Origin: an uncultured Dehalococcoidaceae bacterium
GTDB taxonomy: Bacteria; Chloroflexota; Dehalococcoidia; Dehalococcoidales; RBG-16-60-22
DNA length: 64,000 nucleotides
Direction: 5' to 3'
Assembly (NCBI GenBank): GCA_964503235.1
Contig: CAZCZJ010000001.1
Location: forward strand, 5,851 to 69,850
Numbering within the stretch: position 1 is the first letter of the stretch; each line of letters begins with the position of its first letter. The notes beneath the pieces are model-generated. The model saw only the letters and a program-made list of their open reading frames with translations, was not told where the DNA came from and searched no databases. Positions 8,341 through 18,180 of the stretch are shown here, one piece after another. Made by a program: the position numbers and the translations under genes.

Positions 8341-9006
8341 ATGAAAGAAAGACTTGACGAACAGACGATGGCTCTCAGAGTGGCTAAAGAGTTCCGGGAC
8401 GGCATGATAATCAACCTGGGCTTCGGTATTCCCACGCTGGCTGCTAATTTCATACCCGAGGATATCGAGGTTATTTTCCACGCTGAAAACGGCTGCCTCG
8501 GCTATGGTCCCATGCCCACGACGGAAGAGGAAGAGGATTTTCACCTGGTGAACGCCACGGGTACCTTCGCCACACCCAAGCCCGGAATGTGCTTCTTTGA
8601 CCACGCCGACTCTTTTTCCATGATAAGGGGCAGGCACATCGATTTATGTGTCCTCGGCGGTTTACAGGTATCGGAGAAGGGCGATCTCGCCAACTGGGCA
8701 ACCGGAGTCGGCCGGCCGGGTAACATCGGCGGCGCCATGGACCTGGCGTTCGGAGCATATCACCTCATTGTCGTGATGACTCATACCACTAAAAATAACG
8801 AACCCAAATTGCTCAAAAAATGCACCTATCCGCTGACGGCGCCGCGCTGTGTGAATCTTATCGTTACTGATATCTCGGTAATTGAAGTAACATCTGACGG
8901 TTTGCTTCTAAAAGAGACCGCGCCTGGATGGGAAGTTGAGGACGTCCAGGACATAACCGAACCCGAATTAATAATCGCTCCCGACCTCAAACAAATGGCA
9001 CTGTAA
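8341..9006 (+). CDS. 3-oxoacid CoA-transferase, subunit B
   Basis: 221 aa with the (S)ENG-type catalytic glutamate motif (HAENGCLGYGP). It starts 1 nt after the subunit A stop. Confidence 0.9.
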   Translation: MKERLDEQTMALRVAKEFRDGMIINLGFGIPTLAANFIPEDIEVIFHAENGCLGYGPMPTTEEEEDFHLVNATGTFATPKPGMCFFDHADSFSMIRGRHIDLCVLGGLQVSEKGDLANWATGVGRPGNIGGAMDLAFGAYHLIVVMTHTTKNNEPKLLKKCTYPLTAPRCVNLIVTDISVIEVTSDGLLLKETAPGWEVEDVQDITEPELIIAPDLKQMAL

Positions 9007-9041
9007 TATATTCATAATCGACTCGACCAAGGAGGCTACCG

Positions 9042-9773
9042 ATGGGAAAACTCGACGACAAGGTAGCGCTGGTAACCGGCGCCAGCCGCACTATCGGCAA
9101 GGCTATCGCCATTGCTCTGGCTAAAGAAGGCGCCAAGTTAGTTGTGGCGGCGCGTACTCTGGAGAAACTAAACGATACGGCGGCTATAATCAGGGAATCC
9201 GGCTCCGAAGCGCTGGTCGTGCCCACCGACGTACGAAGCGAAGAGGAGATAGAGAGTCTGTTTAAAAAGACCATGGAGCATTACGGTCGACTCGATATTC
9301 TCGTTAATAATGCCGGTATTTTCGGGTCCGGCCCGATTGATGAGTTATCCACGGAGACCTGGGATGATGTTATCGCCACCAACCTCCGTAGCGCGTTCCT
9401 GTGCAGTCGGGCTGCCTTCAGGATTATGAAAGCGCAGGGCGGTGGGAGAATAATAAATATCGGCAGTGTTTCGGCGTCCCGCGTACGGCCGGAAAACGCC
9501 CCCTACAGCAGCGCCAAGTTCGGCATGGTCGGTCTGACCCAGACTATCGCCCTGGAAGGTCGCGACCATAATATCAACTGTGGCATCCTGCATCCCGGAA
9601 TAGTAATTCGTGATGATATGCCGGAACATATCAAAAAAGATAAGAATATACCAGCGATGTCTTCGGAAGAAATCGCCGCCACTGCCGTTTACATGGCATG
9701 TCAGCCACCCCATGTTAACATTTTGGAGCTTGTCCAGTTACCTAAAGACCAGCCGTACCTGGGGAGGGGATAA
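9042..9773 (+). CDS. SDR family oxidoreductase
   Basis: TGASRTIG, NNAG and YSSAK motifs. 243 aa. Confidence 0.85.
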   Translation: MGKLDDKVALVTGASRTIGKAIAIALAKEGAKLVVAARTLEKLNDTAAIIRESGSEALVVPTDVRSEEEIESLFKKTMEHYGRLDILVNNAGIFGSGPIDELSTETWDDVIATNLRSAFLCSRAAFRIMKAQGGGRIINIGSVSASRVRPENAPYSSAKFGMVGLTQTIALEGRDHNINCGILHPGIVIRDDMPEHIKKDKNIPAMSSEEIAATAVYMACQPPHVNILELVQLPKDQPYLGRG

Positions 9774-9782
9774 GGCGTAGAG

Positions 9783-11990
9783 CTAATCGGTGGCGTTAAT
9801 CACTATCCTGGCATCGAGAGCCACTATGCTATCGCCAGCAGCCAACATTGGATTTATGTCAAGTTCACCTATTTGAGGATTGTTCTCGATAAAATCAGAG
9901 ATTTTAACAATAATAGTTTCAAGTCGAGAGACATCAACCGCCTCCTGCCCGCGGTAGCCCTGTAAAAGCGCATATCCTTTAATTTCCCTGACCATTTCGG
10001 CGGCATCCAGCTTTGAAACAGGCACCAGCCGAAAAGCCACATCTTTTAACACTTCTACCAATACACCGCCAAGTCCAAACATTATTACCGGACCGAACTG
10101 CAGGTCTTTGTTCATGCCGATAATTACTTCAACGCCAGGCGGTGCCATTTTTTGTACGGATACTCCTTCTATTCCGGCCCCGGGTTGCTTTTGCTTTACG
10201 GAAGATATCATTTCGCGGTAAGCCCGGCCGACCTGTGCGGCGTTAGCCAATCCCAAAACCACCCCACCGATATCACTTTTATGCACGATATCCGGTGAGA
10301 TTATTTTCATCACGACCGGGAAACCGATTTCTTTACTAAACGAAATAGCTTCCTTCTTCGTCCTCGCCAGACGGGTTTTATTAACGGGTATCCCGGCTTT
10401 CTTGAGAAGCTCTTTAGATTCGACTTCGTTCAGGAATTTCCTGGAATCCTGTCTTTTAGTTTCTGGTAAATGACCGCTTTCTTTATAAACACTTTCGGAA
10501 AAAACTATGTTTTTTCTATCCTCAAGATATTTACGGTACCACGCCAGAGAACGCATCACCCTGGCGGCGCGCCGCGGATGTGAGTATTCCGTTAATTTTA
10601 TCTTCGGAGGAGAAGAAATATCATTTCTCTCCTGTCGAGGATTAAATGACAACCTGTTGATAAACACCATAGGTTTGTTGTGTTTCTTTATGTCCTTGTC
10701 CAGTATTCTGAGGTTTTTTTCATTCTCTTCCTGCAGGGCACGGAACTGCTCCGGTTTGATATCCCCGATAGGGCCGTGTACCGTAGCCATCGGCGGCAGC
10801 AGGGATATCACGCAGTCTACATTCCTGTCCGCTAAAAGAAGGCTCAGGCAGGATACAACGGTTTTATCGCCCGGCATCGGGCGGATGCCTACCAGGTCGA
10901 CCGGATTGCCGTGAGACCACCGCGGGGGTAGAATGGCACTCAGTTTTTTGAGAGTCACCGATTCCAGGGAAGCTATACTTAAACCCTCTTTCTCGCATAC
11001 CTCGGCGGCAACCACGCCGAAACCGCCACCCATCGTAAGTATGGCTACTCTATTGCCGCGGGGCAAAGGCAGGTTCAACAGAGCCAGGACCATATCACAG
11101 AGTTCTCCTTCGTCTTCGGCCCTGATTACCCCGGACTGATTGAAAGCTGCTGTATAAACTTCATCCGAGCCGGCTAACGCCCCGGTGTGCGAACGGGCTG
11201 CCCTGGCCGATTCTCCGGTGGTACCCGATTTCATCACGACAATCGGCTTTTGGGTCGTTATCTCTTTAGCCAGATTATAGAAGCGCCTGCCTTCTCTCAG
11301 CCCCTCGATATAGGCGGCGATTACTTTAGTGTTATCATCCTGTGCTATATATTCCAGATAATCTTCAAGATGCAAATCGGCTTCGTTGCCGGTACTGACC
11401 AGCTTACTGAGTCCGATTCCCTGTCCGGCGGCAGTCTGCATGATACTCGCACCAAGCGTCCCGCTCTGACTCAGCAGTGCCAGAGGGCCCGGGGGAATCA
11501 TACCAGCAACACCGGCGCTGGCGACGTGGGAGTGCATATCGGCATGACCGATGCAATTGGGACCGATAAAGTGAATGCCGGCTTTTCTGGCAATGGCTAG
11601 CAGTTCGGCTTCCAGCCTGGCGCCTTCCTCATCGACCTCGGCGAATCCCGCGGAAATAATTACGGCGGCTTTGACCTTTTTCTCCGCACACTGACGAAAG
11701 ACCTGGGGTACGATAGCGGCGGGAACCACGATTATCGCCAAGTCGACTGTATCATTAATATCGAGGATTGTATCGTGACATTTTATCCCCAGGACTTCGG
11801 AACAATTAGGATTAACAGCATAGACACGCCTTCCCTTTTTTGCCTTTGCCGAAGCAACGGCCGCCCTCGTGGCATCCAGCCCCCAGGAACCGGGAACCTC
11901 CTTAGCGCCAATCACGGCTATCGAGTCGGCAGCAAACAGGGCGTGCCAGAAACTATCGGTATGGTGTTGCGGATTATTTTGAGAATTCAT
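9783..11990 (-). CDS. ADP-forming (NDP-forming) acyl-CoA synthetase, fused alpha and beta domains
   Basis: 735 aa. N-terminal CoA-binding and ligase-CoA domains with a phosphohistidine loop (RSHTGALAGS), and a C-terminal ATP-grasp domain. Confidence 0.85.
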   Translation of the reverse strand: MNSQNNPQHHTDSFWHALFAADSIAVIGAKEVPGSWGLDATRAAVASAKAKKGRRVYAVNPNCSEVLGIKCHDTILDINDTVDLAIIVVPAAIVPQVFRQCAEKKVKAAVIISAGFAEVDEEGARLEAELLAIARKAGIHFIGPNCIGHADMHSHVASAGVAGMIPPGPLALLSQSGTLGASIMQTAAGQGIGLSKLVSTGNEADLHLEDYLEYIAQDDNTKVIAAYIEGLREGRRFYNLAKEITTQKPIVVMKSGTTGESARAARSHTGALAGSDEVYTAAFNQSGVIRAEDEGELCDMVLALLNLPLPRGNRVAILTMGGGFGVVAAEVCEKEGLSIASLESVTLKKLSAILPPRWSHGNPVDLVGIRPMPGDKTVVSCLSLLLADRNVDCVISLLPPMATVHGPIGDIKPEQFRALQEENEKNLRILDKDIKKHNKPMVFINRLSFNPRQERNDISSPPKIKLTEYSHPRRAARVMRSLAWYRKYLEDRKNIVFSESVYKESGHLPETKRQDSRKFLNEVESKELLKKAGIPVNKTRLARTKKEAISFSKEIGFPVVMKIISPDIVHKSDIGGVVLGLANAAQVGRAYREMISSVKQKQPGAGIEGVSVQKMAPPGVEVIIGMNKDLQFGPVIMFGLGGVLVEVLKDVAFRLVPVSKLDAAEMVREIKGYALLQGYRGQEAVDVSRLETIIVKISDFIENNPQIGELDINPMLAAGDSIVALDARIVINATD

Positions 11991-12026
11991 TCGGACACTT
12001 CTATTATATGCATAGAACAGTTTTAA

Positions 12027-12368
12027 TTGAAAGTGGGTTAGTTATCTTTTCCCGCCCACCTCCCTTTATGGAAAAGAGGGGGCTTCGCCCCCTCTTGAAC
12101 ACCCCCTACTTCTTGTAGAAGTCCTCTCTCGTTCCTTTACACTACAGGGTGGGGGGTTAAGGAGGCGGCGTCATCTTTCAATCATTCAAGATACTGGCCT
12201 GCTTTGAACAAATTAATAATGAGCATGATTCCCTTTGTTAATATTCCCCCTTCCTTTACCAAAGGAAGGGGGCTAGGGGGATGGATTCCGTAAAAAAGGG
12301 GTGAAATTAAAAAAGGGGGCGAAGCCGTAAATACGGTCTGACCCCTGTCTAATTAGCTCCAATATAAA
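12027..12368. repeat. Intergenic block of GC-rich palindromic repeats (region A)
   Basis: Hairpin AAGAGGGGGC-ttc-GCCCCCTCTT at 12074-12096, followed by gaacaccccc. C-rich/G-rich arms at ~12052-12064 and ~12148-12168. A perfect 12-bp hairpin CCCCCTTCCTTT-acc-AAAGGAAGGGGG at 12246-12272. Confidence 0.75.
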
Positions 12369-13925
12369 CTATTCTTTAGCTGTAATATAGTTTGAAGATT
12401 CCGATGCCTCGTTAGGGTCGAAGTTCTTCTTAATTTTCCTCAACAGGATATGGTAATTATGCGCTTCCGGTCCGTACATATCGTGGAGGGCGTCGCTCCA
12501 GACATGGTGGGGCACGCCGAAACGACCCCTTATCGCGGTTTTATTAGCCTCACGGCTGAGCATTCCCTGGACCTTCATGATATGGTCAGGCCCGGCCGGA
12601 TTATAGCGTATAAGAATCTCACCGTGACCGGTATGACCGTGCTCGATGGACTGTATAAACGGGTGAATATAGTCGTCCATGATAAGACCCTGGTCGATAA
12701 GCTGTTGCTTTAAATTCGAGGTATGCAGGATATAGCGGGTCATCAGCGGGAAGACATCCGAACCGCCGACGGTTCCGCCACCCCAACCCGTAGCACGTGA
12801 AGTCTCGCGAATAGAGCCGGTAATTCGAACAAACCTCCAGAGAAAACCAGCGCCCATTACGGGGTCCTCGACGTCCTTAAGCGACATGGCATCGGTCTCC
12901 TTCATTATCTCCTCCAGCGCGCCCTTCTTATAGGCAAAATCGTTGGCGGAATTACCGACGATAATCAACAAAAACCCCGGACCCTGCACCTGGCTGGCAA
13001 ACTTCGCTAAATAGTCCAGGTCTTCCTGGTTATCGGTAGCGATGTTGGAAGCCATCATGGCGGCGTTGAAGCCCATCAACGTGAAGCCTATTTCCGCCTC
13101 TCCCACCCTTTTAACAGCATCAATCGTCACATCAATATCTTTGAAAGACAGGTATCTTATCATGAAGTTCGGCGGCATTTCCGGGTGCCGGTACTGCGGG
13201 CAGACACCTTCAACGGGAAATACTGCCGGACCCGGCCAGTGGTATATCTTTACCGCGCCGGCCGTGAAGACGCCCAATCCGGCCAGAGGTGTGGAGTTAC
13301 CCCTGATAATACCTCTCAAAGACGGTCCGGGACCGTCGCCGCAAAACCAGTCGCCGTGAGAACCGAGGGAGCCCAACTTGACGATTTCGCCGTCGCCGGT
13401 TACCCACTCTACCGCCAGCATATTTCTTTCGGTATAGCTGCCGCTCTGGCTCATGTGTCCCAGACCCACGTGAGATGCCAGCGGCATGACCGAGCAGTTC
13501 GCCCCGGCACCACATTGATTACAGGTCAGACCGCGTTTCATCAATTCGGACTGGAGCTGAGCGCCGATAACGTATGGCTCGACGGCGGCATACATACCCT
13601 TTTCATTTATTTCCAGGATACGGTTCATGCGACGCAGGTCTATCTTGATACAATTCGGCGCTACAGGGTCGCAGTAAAGCCAGCCGGTACTCGATGCCTT
13701 ATACTGTACCTTTTGCTGGTTACAGAGTTTTACGATTGCCTGGACTTCCCGGGTATTAGAAGGGAGAGTCACAGCTTCGAACCGCGGTATATAGGTCACT
13801 TTTTCCGGCATGGTCTTTTTCCGGATAGGAAAAGAATAAGATTCCGTAACAACAGGGTCATCAGAAACATTCTCCGGCCCGAGTATATCCTCTAGTCTTT
13901 TATAAAAATCCCTATCGAGAGCCAT
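12369..13925 (-). CDS. FAD-binding (PCMH/GlcD-type) oxidoreductase subunit, divergent
   Basis: 518 aa. The N-terminal FAD_binding_4-like pattern (FEAVTLPSNTREVQAIVKLCNQQKV...IDLRRMNRILEINEKGMYAAVEPYV) is recognisable. The usual GGGT loop is divergent (ASSTGW). Confidence 0.7.
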   Translation of the reverse strand: MALDRDFYKRLEDILGPENVSDDPVVTESYSFPIRKKTMPEKVTYIPRFEAVTLPSNTREVQAIVKLCNQQKVQYKASSTGWLYCDPVAPNCIKIDLRRMNRILEINEKGMYAAVEPYVIGAQLQSELMKRGLTCNQCGAGANCSVMPLASHVGLGHMSQSGSYTERNMLAVEWVTGDGEIVKLGSLGSHGDWFCGDGPGPSLRGIIRGNSTPLAGLGVFTAGAVKIYHWPGPAVFPVEGVCPQYRHPEMPPNFMIRYLSFKDIDVTIDAVKRVGEAEIGFTLMGFNAAMMASNIATDNQEDLDYLAKFASQVQGPGFLLIIVGNSANDFAYKKGALEEIMKETDAMSLKDVEDPVMGAGFLWRFVRITGSIRETSRATGWGGGTVGGSDVFPLMTRYILHTSNLKQQLIDQGLIMDDYIHPFIQSIEHGHTGHGEILIRYNPAGPDHIMKVQGMLSREANKTAIRGRFGVPHHVWSDALHDMYGPEAHNYHILLRKIKKNFDPNEASESSNYITAKE

Positions 13926-13940
13926 TTTCCATGACCTCCT

Positions 13941-15209
13941 TTATACTGCCCTCTCCACCAGCTCAACGACATCATATACTTTCAATTTGCTACCGGTCTC
14001 TTTAATAGCCTTTACGAAATTCTGCTCACACCAGGGACAGGCAGTCACTATCGCCTCAGCCCCGGTGGCTTCGGCTTCCTTTATCCTCTCATCGGCCGTC
14101 CACAGGGAGAACTCGGGATTGGACTCATTGACACCACCACCAGCACCACAACACCAGGCGTACTCCTTTATCCTTACCATTTCCACCATTTTCAACCCAG
14201 GTATACTCTTAATGACATCCCGCGGCGGTTCGTATACACCGTATGTACCGCGCCGGAACTCCTTATACGGCTCGAAAACACGTATATGTCCCGGTACCTC
14301 CTTGCCCTGCCAGTGTATCCAGGGCTCCCCCAGCCTCCCCAGATAACACGGGTCATGATAGGTTACCGTCATACCCACTTTCTTCTTCGGCTTGAGATTG
14401 CCTTCCTTAATGATCCTGTCCAGATATTCGGTAATATGTACTACTTCCAGGTCTCCCCTGAGTTCATACTTATCATAGAGAACCTTGAATGCCTGATAGC
14501 CGTCAGCACAGCTGGTTACCAGTGTTTTGGCACCAGACTTCTTGATCATTGCCATGTTCTGCTTCGCCTGGTTCAGGAAGTCTTCCTTATAGCCCATCTG
14601 GTAGGCACGACCGCCGCAGCATGTCTCGTTATTACCCCCAATACCAACATCGATACCAGCCTTTTGTAAAAGTTTTACGGTGGCTTTAGCAAGCTTCCAC
14701 ATATCTTTGTTATAGCTGGTCAGGCAGCCGACTTGGTAAATAACATCTACCTTCTCTTTGGTATAGTCTTTTACCTTGAGTCCTGCCGCCCATTCTCCCC
14801 GCTTGCTCCTGGCCCCCGGTACCATCGTGCCCTGTTTCCTGAGACTGCCGATTACCTTGTCTAAAGCCGGGTTGGTATGCCCTTCCTCGACGGCTTTTAT
14901 CCTCGTCTCGTATATCGGCTCTATTACCTCCATGTCCATGGCATACTTACACGATACGTCGCAGGCCCCGCACATCTGGCAGTTGTAGATGATATCCAGA
15001 AGCTTGTCTGTATATTCAAGCCGGTTCTCCAGCATAGCTACGCCAATACCCATACGGCCGCCACCGGAATAGGCGTGAAAGTTATACCTGGATATACTGG
15101 GGCAGACGTTAACAGGCTGATATCCCGATACCTTTTCAAAGGGTATGAATTTACAGGCGGAGCACCTTCGGCACGTTTCCATTTCATTCCGTAAATCTTC
15201 CAGTGCCAT
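13941..15209 (-). CDS. (Fe-S)-binding protein with two CCG domains (GlcF / HdrD-like)
   Basis: 422 aa. N-terminal Cys clusters (CRRCSACKF...CP and CQMCGACDVSC) and two CCG motifs (ETCCGG, WCCGAGGG). Confidence 0.85.
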   Translation of the reverse strand: MALEDLRNEMETCRRCSACKFIPFEKVSGYQPVNVCPSISRYNFHAYSGGGRMGIGVAMLENRLEYTDKLLDIIYNCQMCGACDVSCKYAMDMEVIEPIYETRIKAVEEGHTNPALDKVIGSLRKQGTMVPGARSKRGEWAAGLKVKDYTKEKVDVIYQVGCLTSYNKDMWKLAKATVKLLQKAGIDVGIGGNNETCCGGRAYQMGYKEDFLNQAKQNMAMIKKSGAKTLVTSCADGYQAFKVLYDKYELRGDLEVVHITEYLDRIIKEGNLKPKKKVGMTVTYHDPCYLGRLGEPWIHWQGKEVPGHIRVFEPYKEFRRGTYGVYEPPRDVIKSIPGLKMVEMVRIKEYAWCCGAGGGVNESNPEFSLWTADERIKEAEATGAEAIVTACPWCEQNFVKAIKETGSKLKVYDVVELVERAV

Positions 15210-15258
15210 CTCTATTCCTCCTTGATTTGCCTACTGAAAACCTGACTTCGGAAATGTA

Positions 15259-16725
15259 TTAAAAGCAGAGCTTCCCCGGGTTCATGATACCAGCCGGGTC
15301 AACAATCGATTTCACCTTGCGTAATGTCGTCACTGTGGCCGCATCCCGGTTCATAATCATATCGGTACTTTCACCGTAAGGACGGGAAAAGAAAGCCCCC
15401 TTATCCATCAGCTTTCTCACAGCGCTTACGGATAATTGCTTTACTCTTTCCACATCAACCGGATTTGCCGGATTATAAAAAAGGTCGAATTCAACGTGAT
15501 AATTTACTCCCTGGACTATCGGCTGGATATACACGCCCATATCGGGGGTCGCGTAACCGACCTCCTCAGCGACGCTGTACATTGTCTCTATCAACTCGCC
15601 AACCTTCTGGAAATCCGAAATGAAGAATATTTCATAGCAGGCCCAGTCGGCGGGCGTTTTCCAGTAGAAATCACCCGGTGGTGCCTGCACCGCTTTGAGC
15701 AACTCAAAAGCTGAAATACTACCCAGGGACTGTGCCGGCTCCACACCAACACGCTGACATAATTCCTTGATATCCTGTACCTGTCCCTTGACCCTTTCTT
15801 CGGGCAGGTAGTCATAACCGGCGACGTTATAGAACAGTATCCAAGCAGGCAAAGAGCTTTTTATCCGGTTATAGTCGGCAGGCTTTCCTCTGGCCATAAT
15901 AGTAGCCATATCGGTATTATTTAAGATAAAGCATTCGTTCACCAGCCTCAGTCTCTGCAGCCAGTGTACCGTCTCCATTATCCTGTCCAGGTCCGATGCA
16001 CCTATCAGGAAAGGCTCTTCTGCTTTGGGTATGATTTCGCATCTTGCCGAAGCCCAGGTAACGATGCCTACCGTACCCTGGGCAGCCTGTATTACGCGAT
16101 ACCATGATGCGGAAGACGGTCCGGCTGCCTCTTTCTGCGCCCCACCGACCTCCCACTGTTCCTCCAGCGTGCCCGGTCCGGCAGCGGCTCCGGTGCGGAA
16201 AAGGTCACCGCTGCCATATATAATCTCCACGTCACAGAGAGGGTCGGCGATATCCCAATGGTACTTGGGCATGACCACAGGTTCCCTCTCCAGCATACTA
16301 CCGACAACAGATTTAGATTTCCGGGGCATGAGAGGTATATTCAGCCTGAGACCTTCTTTAGCCACCGCCGGTATCAATTCCCCGAAAGTCACCCCCGGCT
16401 CGAACATGACCACACGGTTGTACCGGTCTACCCTGATTATCTTTGTCATACCGCTCAAATCAACGATAACAGCGCCGCCGACGCTGGGAACGGTATCGCC
16501 GCGAAAATGAGGGGCTCCCGAGCTTACCGGCACCAGCGGGGTATTCGTCTTATTGGCAAGTTTTACTAATTTCTCAATGTCAGCCGTTTTCTTAACTTTC
16601 ACAATGTATTCCGGATTCAGTTTATTAACAAAGCTCATATCGCTGGCATATTCCCCCAGAGCAGCGGGTTTATCACTGACATTCCCGGCGCCGACTATTT
16701 TTATCAGCTTAGCTTTTTCAACCAT
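15259..16725 (-). CDS. FAD-binding (PCMH/GlcD-type) oxidoreductase subunit
   Basis: FAD_binding_4-like region (PEYIVKVKKTADIEKLVKLANKTNTPLVPVSSG...VDLSGMTKIIRVDRYNRVVMFEPGV). The start is moved to the ATG at 16725, which follows GAGGAGG (aatGAGGAGGatattATG). The track start at 16839 adds 38 implausible residues. Confidence 0.8.
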   Translation of the reverse strand: MVEKAKLIKIVGAGNVSDKPAALGEYASDMSFVNKLNPEYIVKVKKTADIEKLVKLANKTNTPLVPVSSGAPHFRGDTVPSVGGAVIVDLSGMTKIIRVDRYNRVVMFEPGVTFGELIPAVAKEGLRLNIPLMPRKSKSVVGSMLEREPVVMPKYHWDIADPLCDVEIIYGSGDLFRTGAAAGPGTLEEQWEVGGAQKEAAGPSSASWYRVIQAAQGTVGIVTWASARCEIIPKAEEPFLIGASDLDRIMETVHWLQRLRLVNECFILNNTDMATIMARGKPADYNRIKSSLPAWILFYNVAGYDYLPEERVKGQVQDIKELCQRVGVEPAQSLGSISAFELLKAVQAPPGDFYWKTPADWACYEIFFISDFQKVGELIETMYSVAEEVGYATPDMGVYIQPIVQGVNYHVEFDLFYNPANPVDVERVKQLSVSAVRKLMDKGAFFSRPYGESTDMIMNRDAATVTTLRKVKSIVDPAGIMNPGKLCF

Positions 16726-16900
16726 AATATCCTCCTCATTATCTGTCCTGTATACCTGAAAAATGGAATACCACCACAGGGTAAAATAGTCATTCGTATT
16801 TTCGCCTTCATGATAGCTTTCCGTTAGTTCTGATGTCAATTATCCCGGTTATACTATGTATTAGAGTCAGCTTTAATAGCTATTGTTTTAAGGATTCTTA

Positions 16901-17082
16901 CCTCACCCCTGACCCCTCTCCAGCCTTAAACATCAGTTAAAGACCAAAATTATAACTGGCTGGAGAGGGGAGTAAGTAAAAGATGGGGCTTCGCCCCCTC
17001 TTAAAAACACTCCCCCCCTTTCAAACAGACTAAATAGCGAGCATTGAATATATATCTGTTTGAGAGTGGGTCAGGGGGAGAG
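16901..17082. repeat. Composite GC-rich palindromic repeat element (region B)
   Basis: Arm CCTCACCCCTGACCCCTCTCCAGCC (16901-16925) with partner GGCTGGAGAGGGG (16958-16970). GC hairpin GGGGC-ttc-GCCCC with the cTCTTaaaaaCACTCCCC tail (16981-17020). TTCAAACAG (17020-17028) with partner CTGTTTGAGAGTGGGTCAGGGGGAGAG (17056-17082). Confidence 0.8.
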
Positions 17083-17127
17083 CGCTCTAAATCGACCAAA
17101 ACCAGACAAAACCGAAGTAACACTAAA

Positions 17128-17156
17128 TTGACAAAAGAACAAGCGTCATTTATAGT
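17128..17156 (+). promoter_or_regulatory. Sigma70-like promoter candidate (TTGACA-17 nt-TATAGT)
   Basis: TTGACA at 17128-17133, a 17-nt spacer, and TATAGT at 17151-17156, about 100 nt upstream of the SDR start. Confidence 0.35.
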
Positions 17157-17258
17157 ATGCCAGAGATAACACCCGGTAAATCACACCGGGGAGATACCAC
17201 CTCATAGCCCAACACCGGGATAATTCGTACAAGACGCATGATACACAAGGAGGATTAA

Positions 17259-18035
17259 ATGTTACTTTCAGACAGGGTAGCGATTATTACCGGAGGTTCA
17301 AGAGGGATGGGAAGAGCCATTGCCCTCCGGTTCGCTGAAGAAGGATGCTCTTCGGTCATCGCCGATCTTCTTGATAAAGAGGCGGAACAAACCGTTAAAG
17401 AGGTCTCGCAAAAAGGGAAAGAGGCTATCTACGTACGCTGTGACGTTACCGACAGCCGTCAGGTGAGAGCAATGGTGGATAAAGCCGTCGCTAAATTTAA
17501 AAAAGTTGATATCATGGTGAACTGCGCCGGCATAGGCAAGCCCCCCAAGCTTATCGGTGATATTTCCGAAGAAGAATACGACCAGGTCGTGGCAGTTAAT
17601 ATGAAAGGCATTTTCCTGTGCCTGCAGGCAATAGCACCTCATATGAAGGCGAACAACTACGGAAAGATTATCAATATAGCGTCTCTGGCGGGAGTCGTGC
17701 CGGCCGCATTTTCAATTCATTACGCCGCCGCCAAAGCCGGTGCGCTGCATCTATCGAACTGCTTCGCCCTGGAAATGGCTAAATACAACGTATGCGTTAA
17801 CGCTATTCTCCCGGGCATGATCCGGACCGATATGACCGCCGATTTTGCCCCTCCCGGCATTCCGGACCTTGATAAATTCATGGGCGAGATGGCTAAAGGA
17901 ATACCGTTAGGCAGGGAAGGTACTACAGATGATATTGCATCGGCAGCTTTGTTTCTGGCTTCAGACCAGTCTTCATATGTTACCGGGGACAGCATCAGTG
18001 TCGGGGGCGGTATGCCCGGGAGAGGTGCGCCGTAG
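17259..18035 (+). CDS. SDR family oxidoreductase (FabG-like)
   Basis: TGGSRGMG, NCAG and YAAAK motifs. RBS AGGAGG upstream. 258 aa. Confidence 0.85.
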   Translation: MLLSDRVAIITGGSRGMGRAIALRFAEEGCSSVIADLLDKEAEQTVKEVSQKGKEAIYVRCDVTDSRQVRAMVDKAVAKFKKVDIMVNCAGIGKPPKLIGDISEEEYDQVVAVNMKGIFLCLQAIAPHMKANNYGKIINIASLAGVVPAAFSIHYAAAKAGALHLSNCFALEMAKYNVCVNAILPGMIRTDMTADFAPPGIPDLDKFMGEMAKGIPLGREGTTDDIASAALFLASDQSSYVTGDSISVGGGMPGRGAP

Positions 18036-18079
18036 CCGTAATAATTTCGTTTTCATATTAGGCGCAGCCCCGGTATATT

Positions 18080-18108
18080 TTAACAATTACTTAAAAATCT
18101 GGTACTAT
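18080..18108 (+). promoter_or_regulatory. Sigma70-like promoter candidate (TTAACA-17 nt-TGgTACTAT) upstream of the CotH gene
   Basis: TTAACA at 18080-18085, a 17-nt spacer ending in TGg, and TACTAT at 18103-18108. Confidence 0.3.
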
Positions 18109-18180
18109 GATTAATTAAAATACAAATTTTCCACCAATATCTGTAAGTGGATGAAAAGCGAATACTCTTTTGGTTGCGTG

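Noticed and set aside
7713-8453. 246-aa minus-strand ORF
   Set aside because: It is antisense to the CoA-transferase A/B genes, which are confidently identified.
13185-13895. 236-aa plus-strand ORF
   Set aside because: It is antisense to the FAD-binding subunit gene and has no supporting signals.
16726-16839. 38-aa N-terminal extension of the FAD-binding subunit
   Set aside because: The internal ATG at 16725 is preceded by GAGGAGG. The extension is Trp/Tyr-rich and non-homologous and runs into the repeat region.
12027-17082. Possibility that the GC-rich repeats are a CRISPR array
   Set aside because: The repeats are palindromic arms of variable length in both orientations. They lack regular repeat-spacer periodicity, and no cas genes are present in the window.
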